Shown: positions 16,427 through 24,560, counted from the first letter of the stretch. The stretch is 34,246 bases of DNA from Longimicrobiales bacterium (GCA_028280205.1 JANQME010000083.1:1-34246); one strand, 5' to 3'. The notes: generated by a model from the letters alone, not told the origin. Numbers and translations: made by a program.

Positions 16427-16449
16427 CGTCCGGGGTTGCGACCCGGACG
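16427..16449 (-). terminator. 8-bp stem / 7-nt loop hairpin about 60 nt downstream of permease C
   Basis: cgtccggg (16427-16434) pairs with cccggacg (16442-16449). It lies between the end of the pair-C operon and the PadR-B operator. There is no U-tract. Confidence 0.35.
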
Positions 16450-16508
16450 CACGCGGTCGGGTCAGTCGGTGCGGAGGGCCGACCCGGCGGAGTCCGGCGG
16501 CGAAGCCC

Positions 16509-19163
16509 TCACTCCGCCCGGAGGGCCGTCGCCGGAGGGACCTTCGAGGCTCGCCGGGCGGGAATCGCGGCTGCGACGGCGGTCACCGCGAGGAGCAGAG
16601 CCGGTACCGTAACGATGGTGATCGGATCGCCCCAACCTACGCCGAAGAGCATCGACGACAGGAGCTTGGCTCCGAACCAGGAGAGGACGAAGCCCAGCCC
16701 GATACCGAGCAGCGCCGGTCGGATGCCCTCGCGCAGGACCATGCCGGTGACCTCGTCCGCGGCGGCCCCGAGCGCAATCCGGATGCCGATCTCGCGCGTC
16801 CGCTGGCTCACGGCGTACGCGACGACGCCGTACAACCCAACCGCCGCGAGGAGGAGGGCGACGACGGAGAAGACGGACAGCAGCGTCGTGTAGAAGACGG
16901 TTGGCGCGTGAGCGCGGGAGACCACTTCCTCCATCGTCGTGACGTCCCAGATGGCCAGGCCGGGGTCCCGCTCCGCGACGATCCGACGCGCCTCCGGGAT
17001 TGCGGTGGTGGCACCGGCCTCCAGGCGGATGGACATGTACCCGCTGTTCGCCCCGAACTGGGTGTTCGGGATATAGACCGCCGGGTCGGGCTCCTCGGTC
17101 GGGCCGCTGCGCGCCACGTCGGCGACGATGCCGACGATGGTGTGCTCCGGTGACGTCTCGAAGCCCCACGACACCTCCGGCCGGATCGTGAGCCCGAGCG
17201 GATCTCTGTCCGCGTAGTGGGCACGGAGGGCAGCCTGATTGATCACCGCTACGGGCTGACTCCCATACACGTCCCGGCTGTCGAACCACCGGCCGCGCAC
17301 CAGCTGCGTGCCCGTAGCGGAGAGGAAGCCCGGCGTCGACGGACGGACCGCGAAGGCGGGACGATCCGGAGGCGGCACTTCGGGCCGGTCGGTGAGCATG
17401 ATCGAGGCCGTGATGTTTCCGGAGGCGAGCGGGACTCCGAAGCCCCACCCCGCGGACGCGACGCCGGGGAGCCGCGTGAGCTCGTCTTCGATCTCCTGCA
17501 GGAACACGCCGACCCTCACCGAGTCGTAGCGGGCGTCCGGGAGCGAGAGTCGGAAGCGCTCGATGCGCTCCACGTCGAATCCCAGATCGACCGCGCGCAT
17601 CTCTCCGAGCGTGCGCATGAGCAGGCCGGCGCCCAGGAGGAGCGTCAGCGAGAGAGCTACCTCCCCGACGAGCAGCGCCGTCCGGGATCGCCCCGCGTGC
17701 CGCCCGCCCGCCGCTCGCCGCCCCGACCGCGCGGCCCCGCGTGCGCCGGTCGCCTGCAGCGCCGGGAGCACGCCGAACATCGCGGTGACGAGCACCACGA
17801 GCGCCGCCGCGAATGCGACGACCTTCCCGTCCAGCGATGCACGGTCGAGGCGTGGCAGCCCCTCGGGAGCGAGCCCGACCAGCGCGTCCGTTCCCCAGTA
17901 GGCGACGAGCAGACCGAGCACACCGCCCGCGATCCCGAGCAACGCGCTCTCCGTGAGGAGCTGACGCACGATTCTCATGCGGCTCGCGCCGAGGGTAGCC
18001 CGCAGCGCCACTTCCGAGCGGCGGCCGTTCGTCCGAACGAGCAGCAGGTTGGCCACGTTCGCACAGGCGATGAGCAGGACCATCCCCACCGCCCCGAGGA
18101 GCACCCAGAGCGCGGCGCGCACGTCGGCCACCTCGTAGTCGAGCATCCCCTGGAGCTCGAGCATGTCGTCCCGATGGACGTCCGGGAATTCCTCGGCGAG
18201 TCGGGTGCTCGTGGCCGTCAGGGCGGACTGGACCTCTTCCAGCGTTCGATCGGCGTCGATGCGGCCGACCGCATTGAGAATCCTGCAGCCGTGGTCGCAC
18301 CCTTCCTGGTCGTGCCGCCTGGGCAGCCAGAGCTCGCTTCCATTCGGGAAGTCGAAGCCCTCCGGCGCCACTCCGACGATCTCCCAGCTCCCTCCGCTCA
18401 GCATGACCGTGCGACCGAGCACGTCCGGGTCGCGTCCAAGCATGTCGATCCAGAAGTCGTGGGAGACGACCATCACCCTCGGACCCCCCAGCACGTCGTC
18501 CGCCGCGGTCAGATCGCGACCCAGCTGCGGCTGATAGCCCATCACGGAGAGCAGCCCGTCGGTCACCCGGACGCCGGTCACGACGGTTGGATCGCCCAGG
18601 CCCGTCACCGTCGGGCGGGTCCCCGAGAACCCGACCAGCGAGAGGCCCGGCACGGTTTCCTGGATCAGACGCACGTCGGGGTGATCCACACCTCGCCCGC
18701 GCGTGCCGTCCTCGGTGTTCCGATTCCAGAGCACGACGAGTCGATCGCTGTCCGGGTAGGGGAGCGGGTCCAGGAGGACTCCGTTCACCACGCTGAAGAT
18801 CGACACCGTCGCACCGATCCCCAGCGCGAGCGTCAGGACCGCCGCCGCGGTGAAGCCCGGCCGTCGGGCCAGCGTGCGCACTCCGAACGTCAGATCCTGC
18901 CTCCATCCTCCCATGCCCATCCCCTCCCGGATCCACCGGCGTGCGCCGGCGCGTGTTCGTGTTTCCCACTCGTTCCAAGCGCCCGAAAGCGCGTCTCCCG
19001 CGACCGCCGCCCGGTACCGGAAGCGGCTTGTCGCGTCTCTGGCATCGCGGAGCTGTTCGCGGTACAGCCGCTCCATCTCGTCTCCGAAGTCCTCGCGGAC
19101 CTCTCGCGGAAAGAGTCCGAGCAGGAGTCGGAAGTAGCGGCTCCGCCGCCGCCGCGGTGTCAC
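16509..19163 (-). CDS. ADOP-like duplicated FtsX/MacB-type permease with N-terminal prefix (pair C)
   Basis: CANVANLLLVRTNGRRSEVALRATLGASRMRIV and LYGVVAYAVSQRTREIGIRIALGAAADEV, with C-terminus IPARRASKVPPATALRAE. The prefix RYFRLLLGLFPREVREDFGDEMERLY is the same type as in pair A. GTG start 19163 overlaps the PadR-C stop as GTGA (19160-19163). Confidence 0.85.
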   Translation of the reverse strand: MTPRRRRSRYFRLLLGLFPREVREDFGDEMERLYREQLRDARDATSRFRYRAAVAGDALSGAWNEWETRTRAGARRWIREGMGMGGWRQDLTFGVRTLARRPGFTAAAVLTLALGIGATVSIFSVVNGVLLDPLPYPDSDRLVVLWNRNTEDGTRGRGVDHPDVRLIQETVPGLSLVGFSGTRPTVTGLGDPTVVTGVRVTDGLLSVMGYQPQLGRDLTAADDVLGGPRVMVVSHDFWIDMLGRDPDVLGRTVMLSGGSWEIVGVAPEGFDFPNGSELWLPRRHDQEGCDHGCRILNAVGRIDADRTLEEVQSALTATSTRLAEEFPDVHRDDMLELQGMLDYEVADVRAALWVLLGAVGMVLLIACANVANLLLVRTNGRRSEVALRATLGASRMRIVRQLLTESALLGIAGGVLGLLVAYWGTDALVGLAPEGLPRLDRASLDGKVVAFAAALVVLVTAMFGVLPALQATGARGAARSGRRAAGGRHAGRSRTALLVGEVALSLTLLLGAGLLMRTLGEMRAVDLGFDVERIERFRLSLPDARYDSVRVGVFLQEIEDELTRLPGVASAGWGFGVPLASGNITASIMLTDRPEVPPPDRPAFAVRPSTPGFLSATGTQLVRGRWFDSRDVYGSQPVAVINQAALRAHYADRDPLGLTIRPEVSWGFETSPEHTIVGIVADVARSGPTEEPDPAVYIPNTQFGANSGYMSIRLEAGATTAIPEARRIVAERDPGLAIWDVTTMEEVVSRAHAPTVFYTTLLSVFSVVALLLAAVGLYGVVAYAVSQRTREIGIRIALGAAADEVTGMVLREGIRPALLGIGLGFVLSWFGAKLLSSMLFGVGWGDPITIVTVPALLLAVTAVAAAIPARRASKVPPATALRAE

Positions 19164-19507
19164 GGCTCGGCGGGCTCCAGCAGCTCGCTCGCCCCGAGGA
19201 GCAGCCCGCGCATGCGCTGCGCCTCGGCCCTCGCCACCCGCTCACCCAGCCGGGTGACCGCGAAGTAGCGACGGCGCTCGTCCTCCGGCTCGTCGGGCCC
19301 GTCGGTCTCGGTGATGAGGCCCTGCTCGAGCAGTGTGCGGATGCGCCGGTACAGGTTCGCCGGGAGCACGCGACCGGGTCGGCCCGGATCGCGCTCGAGC
19401 TCCTTCACGATGGCGTAGCCGTGCCGCTCGCCTTGGCGCAGAACCACCAGGATCCGGAACGCCTCCGGATGGAGCGGCAGGAAGTCGAAGGCTTCGGAAT
19501 CACCCAT
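19160..19507 (-). CDS. PadR-family transcriptional regulator (pair C, 115 aa; same subtype as pair A)
   Basis: FRILVVLRQGERHGYAIVKELER...LPANLYRRIRTLLEQGLITETDGPDEPEDERRRYFAVTRLGERV. ATG at 19507. Confidence 0.8.
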   Translation of the reverse strand: MGDSEAFDFLPLHPEAFRILVVLRQGERHGYAIVKELERDPGRPGRVLPANLYRRIRTLLEQGLITETDGPDEPEDERRRYFAVTRLGERVARAEAQRMRGLLLGASELLEPAEP

Positions 19508-19564
19508 GGCGCGCGGTCCTCTCGAGGGTCTACGGCACCTGCGCGGTCCCGCCTTGCTCGTGTC

Positions 19565-19619
19565 CGACGGATACTAGTGTCATGCTGACATTAATGTCAA
19601 GGAGACACTATGTCCGTCG
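19565..19619. promoter_or_regulatory. 55-bp three-tier nested palindrome (AT-rich core TGACATTAATGTCA); candidate PadR-C operator and/or terminator of the upstream gene
   Basis: CGACGGA-TAC-TAGTGTC-ATGC-TGACAT TA ATGTCA-AGGA-GACACTA-TG-TCCGTCG. The core 19586-19599 is a perfect 14-bp palindrome and the middle arms 19575-19581 / 19604-19610 are perfect. The outer arms 19565-19571 / 19613-19619 are perfect, with a 1-nt spacer difference. It lies 58-112 nt upstream of the PadR-C ATG and 4 nt downstream of the fusion-gene stop. Confidence 0.45.
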
Positions 19620-19622
19620 TTC

Positions 19623-22600
19623 TCACCCCGTGCGAGCGTGCACCTCGTCCTCGATCAGGACCCGGTCCAGCGCCGAGACGAGCCGTTCCCCGTCCTCCTG
19701 CCGGAAGGTCATGGGCGGCTTGATCTTGAGCACGTTGCGGTCCGGACCGTCCGCACTCAGGAGGACCCCCAGCTCTCTCGCCCGGTTCACGACGTAGCGT
19801 GCGATGTCGGGTGAGGGGGCACGCGCCGCTCGATCCCGGACCAGCTCGACGCCGAGGAAGAGGCCCCGCCCGCGGACGTCGCCGATGCACTCGTGACGCA
19901 TCGCCAGCGACGCGAGGCTCGCCTTGAGCGTCCCCCCCACCAGAGCGGCGTGCTCCGTCAGGCGATCGCGCTCGACGAGGTCGAGCACGGCGAGCCCGAT
20001 CGCGGCCGAGACCGGGCTGCCTCCGAAGGTGCTGAAGAACTCCATGCCGTTCGCGAACGACTCCGCGATCTCGGGTGTGGTGACGACCGCTCCGATGGGG
20101 TGACCGTTCCCGATCGGCTTGCCGAGCGTGACGATATCCGGCACCACGTCCGCGGTCTGAAAGCCCCACAGGTGGCTCCCCACCCGCCCGAAGCCGATCT
20201 GGATCTCGTCCGCGATGCAGACGGCTCCGGCGGCGCGGGCGTGCTGGTACGCGGCGGAGAGGTAGCCGGCCGGGGGCTCGATCTGACCGGCGCACGAGAG
20301 AATCGCCTCGGCCAGGAAGGCCGAAGGCTCGTGGCCGGCGTCGACCAGCTCCGCGGCCGCGTCGCGCACATGATCGGCGTAACGCCGGGCACGGTCCACC
20401 ACCTCCCGCCCGTAGCGTCCGCGATACTCGTCCGGCACCGGCACGGTGCGGACCCACTCCGGTGTCCCGGACCCGCCCGACCCGGCGTGCTTGTAGTGGC
20501 TCACGTCCACGAGACCCTGGGTGTGGCCGTGGTAGCCGCCCTCGATCGCGATGATCCCGTCCCGGCCGGTGTGAGCACGAGCCATGCGGAGCGCGAGCTC
20601 GTTCGCCTCGGAGCCCGAAGTGACGAAGAAGCAGACGGAGAGCGGGTCGGGGAGCCGGCCGGCGAGTCGCTCCGCGTACTCTAGGATGCCTTCGTGCAGG
20701 TAGCGCGTGTTCGTGTTCAGCACGCTCATCTGCCGCCGTCCGGCCCGGACCACCTCGGCGCGCTCGTGGCCGACGTGCGCGACGTTGTTCACGCAGTCCA
20801 GGTAGGCGCGGCCGAACGGGTCGTAGAGGAATGTTCCGACCCCCCGCACGATGTGCAGAGGCTCGTCGTAAGACAGCGCGACGTTCTCGCCGAACGCGAC
20901 GGACCGCCGCTCGCGCAGATCCTCCGGCTCCTCGAAGGTCGTCGCGCCCGGAAGCCCGAGCACGACGTTCGGATCCGGAGAGAAGGAGGCCCAGACGCTC
21001 CGCTCGCGGGGCAGCGCCACGCCGGGGAACTCGCCGTCGTGGTCGAGGAGGTCGGTGACGATCTGGAAGTGGAGGTGCGGCGGCCAGTCGCCGTTCTCGG
21101 GGAAGGGCCCGATGCGGCCGATCGTCTGTCCGGCCTCGACCTCGGAGCCCTCCTCCAGCTCCTCGACGGACGCGCGCTCCAGGTGCCCGTACAACGTCCA
21201 GAACGGACCGGACGGGGCGTCGTGCTCGAGGATGACGGTCGGGCCGTAGTCGAGGTCCTGCCCGTTGTCTCGCACGCTGCGGAGGCGGCCGGCGAGCGGG
21301 GCGCGAACCGGCGCCCCCGGCTGGTCGAAGAGGTCCAGGCCGAGGTGGACCGTGCGCCGCTCGCGCGGATCCCCCGAACGACCGGCAAAGAGGTCGGTGA
21401 GGTAGAATGCCCGGGGCTCCAGGTATCGTCCGATCCCCACCGTGGCCTTCTCGTCCTCCATGCGCCGGAAGATTCGGCGAGTGAAGCCGGCCGTGTCCTC
21501 CGTGTCGCGTCCGTCGAGGTCGGGGCTGGCGACGCTCAGGTCGAGGACGGTGATCTCGTCGTCGTCCTCGGGGAGCTCCATCACCGGCTCGAACGTCTGC
21601 TCCTCCAGCCAGTCGACGAGCACCGGCGTTCTCGCGTGTGCCGGCATCCCGCATGCGTCACGCACGATCCCCTCCGCGAAGCGCTCGTGGATCGGGTCCA
21701 GCGCGCGGATCATCTCCCACGCCGGCGCCTCGGAAACGGTGAGGTAGTCGTCCAGCACGCCGTCCTCGTGCCGGCGCCAGCGGGCGATGCTCACGCTCGC
21801 CCCGAGGCGGGCCCGGGTCAGCACCCAGACGACGTTCATCTCGTCCTCGCTCAGGGGCGTCCGGTCGTGGAAGCCTCGCACGACGGCGGCCGTTGCCATG
21901 AGGGGATCCGGCGTTCCCAGGATCGCGTACGCGATGGTGATCCCGAGATCGAAGACGCGGGGTGCGGAGTGCGCATCTCCCAGGTCGATGATGCCGGTCA
22001 CGTGGCGCTCGGCGTCGCTCGGAGCCGAGACGAGGACGTTGTGGTCGTTGATGTCTCCGTGGATGACCTGGGAGCCGAGGCCGAGGAAGTCGGGCTCGCG
22101 CCGGAGCCACGCGTCGTGGATCGAGCGGATGAGGTCGAGCTCCTCGCCCCGGAAGAGGTCCATACAACGCTCCATCACCATGCCGGAGCGGCCGAGCGCC
22201 CAGTCGAAGTCGATACGGGCGGGGGGGTGATCGGGGTAGGCGCCGAGGGCGCTGTCGACCTCCGCCACCCGCCGACCGAGGGCGTAGAGCAGCGCTTCGG
22301 AACGCGGGCGCACGTCGGCGAGCAGCCCGCCCTCGAGGTACTCCACCACCCGGATGCGATGCCGGGTGCCGGCGGCGTCCTGGTGACGGACGACGTGTCG
22401 GCCGTCCTGCGCCGCGATCACGTCCGGTGCGAACCCGTCCGTAAGCTCGGCGAGGTGGCGGGTGAGGTCGACCTCGATGTCCAGGATCTCGTCGACCTCG
22501 TCCGGCGAGCTGACCTTCACCACGAAGCGGCCGTCGTCCGGTGTCGCGAGGACGAAGTTCAGGTCACGGTCGCCGGGCAGGGGCGTGAGGGTCCCGTCGA

Positions 22601-22673
22601 GCCCGTACTGCTCCGTCATGGCACGGAGCACTTCGCTCGAATCGAGCTCGGGGCGGCGCTGGATCTTGATCAT
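19623..22673 (-). CDS. Tri-domain fusion: APH/choline-kinase-type phosphotransferase + M23 (LytM) peptidase domain + class-III PLP enzyme of the AGXT2L/phospho-lyase type
   Basis: Kinase catalytic loop [13 protein letters not shown] and IIDLGD (aa about 203-233). M23 metal motifs VHLGLD (aa 442-447) and PHLHFQI (aa 532-538). PLP domain: [57 protein letters not shown] (Lys 852). It is a single uninterrupted 1016-codon ORF with ATG at 22673. Confidence 0.85.
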   Translation of the reverse strand: MIKIQRRPELDSSEVLRAMTEQYGLDGTLTPLPGDRDLNFVLATPDDGRFVVKVSSPDEVDEILDIEVDLTRHLAELTDGFAPDVIAAQDGRHVVRHQDAAGTRHRIRVVEYLEGGLLADVRPRSEALLYALGRRVAEVDSALGAYPDHPPARIDFDWALGRSGMVMERCMDLFRGEELDLIRSIHDAWLRREPDFLGLGSQVIHGDINDHNVLVSAPSDAERHVTGIIDLGDAHSAPRVFDLGITIAYAILGTPDPLMATAAVVRGFHDRTPLSEDEMNVVWVLTRARLGASVSIARWRRHEDGVLDDYLTVSEAPAWEMIRALDPIHERFAEGIVRDACGMPAHARTPVLVDWLEEQTFEPVMELPEDDDEITVLDLSVASPDLDGRDTEDTAGFTRRIFRRMEDEKATVGIGRYLEPRAFYLTDLFAGRSGDPRERRTVHLGLDLFDQPGAPVRAPLAGRLRSVRDNGQDLDYGPTVILEHDAPSGPFWTLYGHLERASVEELEEGSEVEAGQTIGRIGPFPENGDWPPHLHFQIVTDLLDHDGEFPGVALPRERSVWASFSPDPNVVLGLPGATTFEEPEDLRERRSVAFGENVALSYDEPLHIVRGVGTFLYDPFGRAYLDCVNNVAHVGHERAEVVRAGRRQMSVLNTNTRYLHEGILEYAERLAGRLPDPLSVCFFVTSGSEANELALRMARAHTGRDGIIAIEGGYHGHTQGLVDVSHYKHAGSGGSGTPEWVRTVPVPDEYRGRYGREVVDRARRYADHVRDAAAELVDAGHEPSAFLAEAILSCAGQIEPPAGYLSAAYQHARAAGAVCIADEIQIGFGRVGSHLWGFQTADVVPDIVTLGKPIGNGHPIGAVVTTPEIAESFANGMEFFSTFGGSPVSAAIGLAVLDLVERDRLTEHAALVGGTLKASLASLAMRHECIGDVRGRGLFLGVELVRDRAARAPSPDIARYVVNRARELGVLLSADGPDRNVLKIKPPMTFRQEDGERLVSALDRVLIEDEVHARTG

Positions 22674-22739
22674 GGGCCCGAAAGATCACGGGTTTTCGCG
22701 GCAGGGGGAGGGGCGGTGCCACCCCGATCCGGGCCGGGC

Positions 22740-23330
22740 TCAGCCGTTCCCGTCTCCGGGCCGGGGTACGACGAGCGTCCACGTCGAGTCGCGCACGTAC
22801 GATCGGGTCGGGCCGTAGCGTGAGAGGAGCTCGGCGAGGAGTCCTTCTTCCGGGGAGTGGACGACCACCGCCCCGGCCCGGAGCACCATCGGGATCTGAT
22901 CCGGAGCCACCGAATCGGGCTCTTCCTCCGGCTCGTCGTCCTCCGGGTCGATCGGCGGCTGCTCTTCACCTGGCTGTTCGTCCGGCCCGAGTGTCGGGGG
23001 TGGGGGCGGGGGTGCGTCCTCGTAGCCGATCTCGCTGAGCTGCATCCACTCCACCCGGAAGTCGTCGAACGCGAGCGTTCCGGGGCCCTCCGGGTACGTG
23101 CCCGCCAGCTCGGGCGGCGGATCACCGGGCGCCGCGGTGGACGGCCACGCTCCGGACGTACCGAACTCCGAGAGCGCCGCGTCCCGCAGACGGATCACCT
23201 CCGCGTCGGCCCGCTCGACCCGGTCGTGGAAGGCCCGCCCCCGGAGCCAGGGCGTCGCGGCGGCCCACACGAGGATCAGGACCGCACCTCCGATGGCGAA
23301 GTCGGCACGGGTCAGCGCGCGCAGGTTCAC
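22740..23330 (-). CDS. Hypothetical N-terminally anchored protein with Pro/Glu/Asp-rich linker (196 aa)
   Basis: Only the last 196 codons of the listed ORF 22740..23876 look protein-like: TM FAIGGAVLILVWAAATPW, then a mixed domain, then PPPPPPTLGPDEQPGEEQPPIDPEDDEPEEEPD, then a compact C-terminus. The GTG start at 23330 is 13 nt after the upstream stop. I recognise no family. Confidence 0.55.
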   Translation of the reverse strand: MNLRALTRADFAIGGAVLILVWAAATPWLRGRAFHDRVERADAEVIRLRDAALSEFGTSGAWPSTAAPGDPPPELAGTYPEGPGTLAFDDFRVEWMQLSEIGYEDAPPPPPPTLGPDEQPGEEQPPIDPEDDEPEEEPDSVAPDQIPMVLRAGAVVVHSPEEGLLAELLSRYGPTRSYVRDSTWTLVVPRPGDGNG

Positions 23331-23343
23331 GGACGCCCGCGCC

Positions 23344-24513
23344 TCACGACGAGTCGCGCGTCGTGGTCCACGCCCGTGCCAACGTTTCGAACTCCGGTTC
23401 AGGGGCGGCCGAATCGTACACGACGGGCTCCTCGTCGGGCCCGTACACCACGAGCTGGTACAACCGGTTGTTCGAGCGCAGCAGCCGGATGCCCGGCCAT
23501 CGCACGTCGAGCTCCGCGGTCGACGCCGGCAGGCGACCGTTTGTGACCCGGAAGGCCTCGACCTCCTGGGCCTGCAGGAGGAGTGCGACCCGGAGTCCGT
23601 GGTCCCGCTCCGCTTCGGAGAGCGTCGGGGGAGGAGGCGGAACCAGGATGCCGGGCGGCCGGACCGCGACGAAGGCGGCGAGGAGCAGGATCGCCGCGGC
23701 GATGCCCGACTTGATCCGGCGCGAGCGCCGCTCCGGCGTCGGGATCCGGTAGACGGCCTCCTGCATCTCCGCGTGCACGAGCGCGGCCTGGAGGAGCCGT
23801 TCCCGCTGCTCGGGCGTGGTCGCTTCCCCGAGGTCGAGCACGAGCTCGTTGGGGAGCGAGGCGAGGCCCTCCGCATGGATCTCGCTGAGGGCGAAGAAGG
23901 CCTCGGTTCCGATCAGAGGACGATCGTCGCCGTCCGGCTCCCCTTCGTCCTCCGCGGGCTCCCCGTCGTCTCGAGCGAGCGCCGCCGTGCCGCCCTCCAC
24001 GGGCTCGACGGCGTCGACGCCCTGCTCGGTCTCCGTCGGCGGTCCGGGCTCCTCCGGCGGATCGACCGCCGCGGGCGCGTCCACCGCGGTCGGCTCTGCC
24101 CCGATCGCACCCGGACCCGCCTGCGCGTCGCCGGTATCGGTTGCCCCCGACTCGGCGTCGGCCACCTCCTCCGACACGAAGGCGAGGGCCTCTTCGATGA
24201 GCTGTCTGCGAGCGTCGGTGTCGTCGAGATCCACGTCCAGGTCGATCGAGATGACCTCGGCGACCTCGCCACCGGCGTCCGAGGATTCTTCCTCGACGTC
24301 CTCTGCGGGCGCGAGTGCGTCCGATGACGACTCGGGCGGCTCGGGCGAGTCGGCGTCTGCCACCGAGCTCTTCGGCTCGGACCGCTTCGCCGCCCCGTCC
24401 GACTTTTTCTTCGAGGCCGATCCCTTCCTCGAGCCGGACGTCTTCCTCGCGCGGGACTTCTTCGAGCCTCCGGACTTCTTTCGGGCCAACGGCGTCTCCG
24501 AGGTCGGGGGCAA
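23344..24513 (-). CDS. Hypothetical bitopic membrane protein: Lys/Ser/Arg-rich N-terminal tail, long acidic disordered region, one TM helix, small C-terminal ectodomain (389 aa)
   Basis: Codon third positions are strongly G/C in this frame, for example TCG GAG ACG CCG ... AAG AAG TCC. Sequence elements: KKSGGSKKSRARKTSGSRKGSASKKKSDGAAKR, then a D/E/P/A-rich stretch of about 170 aa, then TM IAAAILLLAAFVAV, PPPPP, and a C-terminal domain of about 90 aa. There is no ATG near the 5' end; TTG 24513 is the listed start, so the start is uncertain. I recognise no family. Confidence 0.6.
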   Translation of the reverse strand: MPPTSETPLARKKSGGSKKSRARKTSGSRKGSASKKKSDGAAKRSEPKSSVADADSPEPPESSSDALAPAEDVEEESSDAGGEVAEVISIDLDVDLDDTDARRQLIEEALAFVSEEVADAESGATDTGDAQAGPGAIGAEPTAVDAPAAVDPPEEPGPPTETEQGVDAVEPVEGGTAALARDDGEPAEDEGEPDGDDRPLIGTEAFFALSEIHAEGLASLPNELVLDLGEATTPEQRERLLQAALVHAEMQEAVYRIPTPERRSRRIKSGIAAAILLLAAFVAVRPPGILVPPPPPTLSEAERDHGLRVALLLQAQEVEAFRVTNGRLPASTAELDVRWPGIRLLRSNNRLYQLVVYGPDEEPVVYDSAAPEPEFETLARAWTTTRDSS

Positions 24514-24560
24514 CGTTCTACTCTACGGAGCAGTGCTCCTCAGGTACAGGATTCCCGGGC

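Noticed and set aside
16462-19268. 927-aa minus-strand ORF (16462..19245) and 683-aa plus-strand ORF (17217..19268) overlapping permease C
   Set aside because: Both are shifted or antisense frames with Arg/Gly/Pro/Ala-rich translations. Only frame 16509..19163 shows the FtsX signatures and TM periodicity.
21039-21461. M23 domain interpreted as a secreted peptidoglycan hydrolase
   Set aside because: The polypeptide has no signal peptide or TM segment, and the M23 domain is sandwiched between two cytoplasmic enzyme domains. A cell-wall lytic role is therefore unlikely.
19597-22823. 685-aa (19597..21654, minus) and 709-aa (20694..22823, plus) ORFs overlapping the fusion-enzyme gene
   Set aside because: These are low-complexity Arg/Pro/Gly translations. 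The 19623..22673 frame carries three sets of catalytic motifs, so the others are frame artefacts.
23331-23876. N-terminal 182 codons of listed ORF 22740..23876
   Set aside because: The translation is Ser/Arg/Pro/Cys-rich and overlaps the 3' part of 23344..24513, whose frame shows the strong G/C third-position bias. Protein-like sequence starts at GTG 23330.
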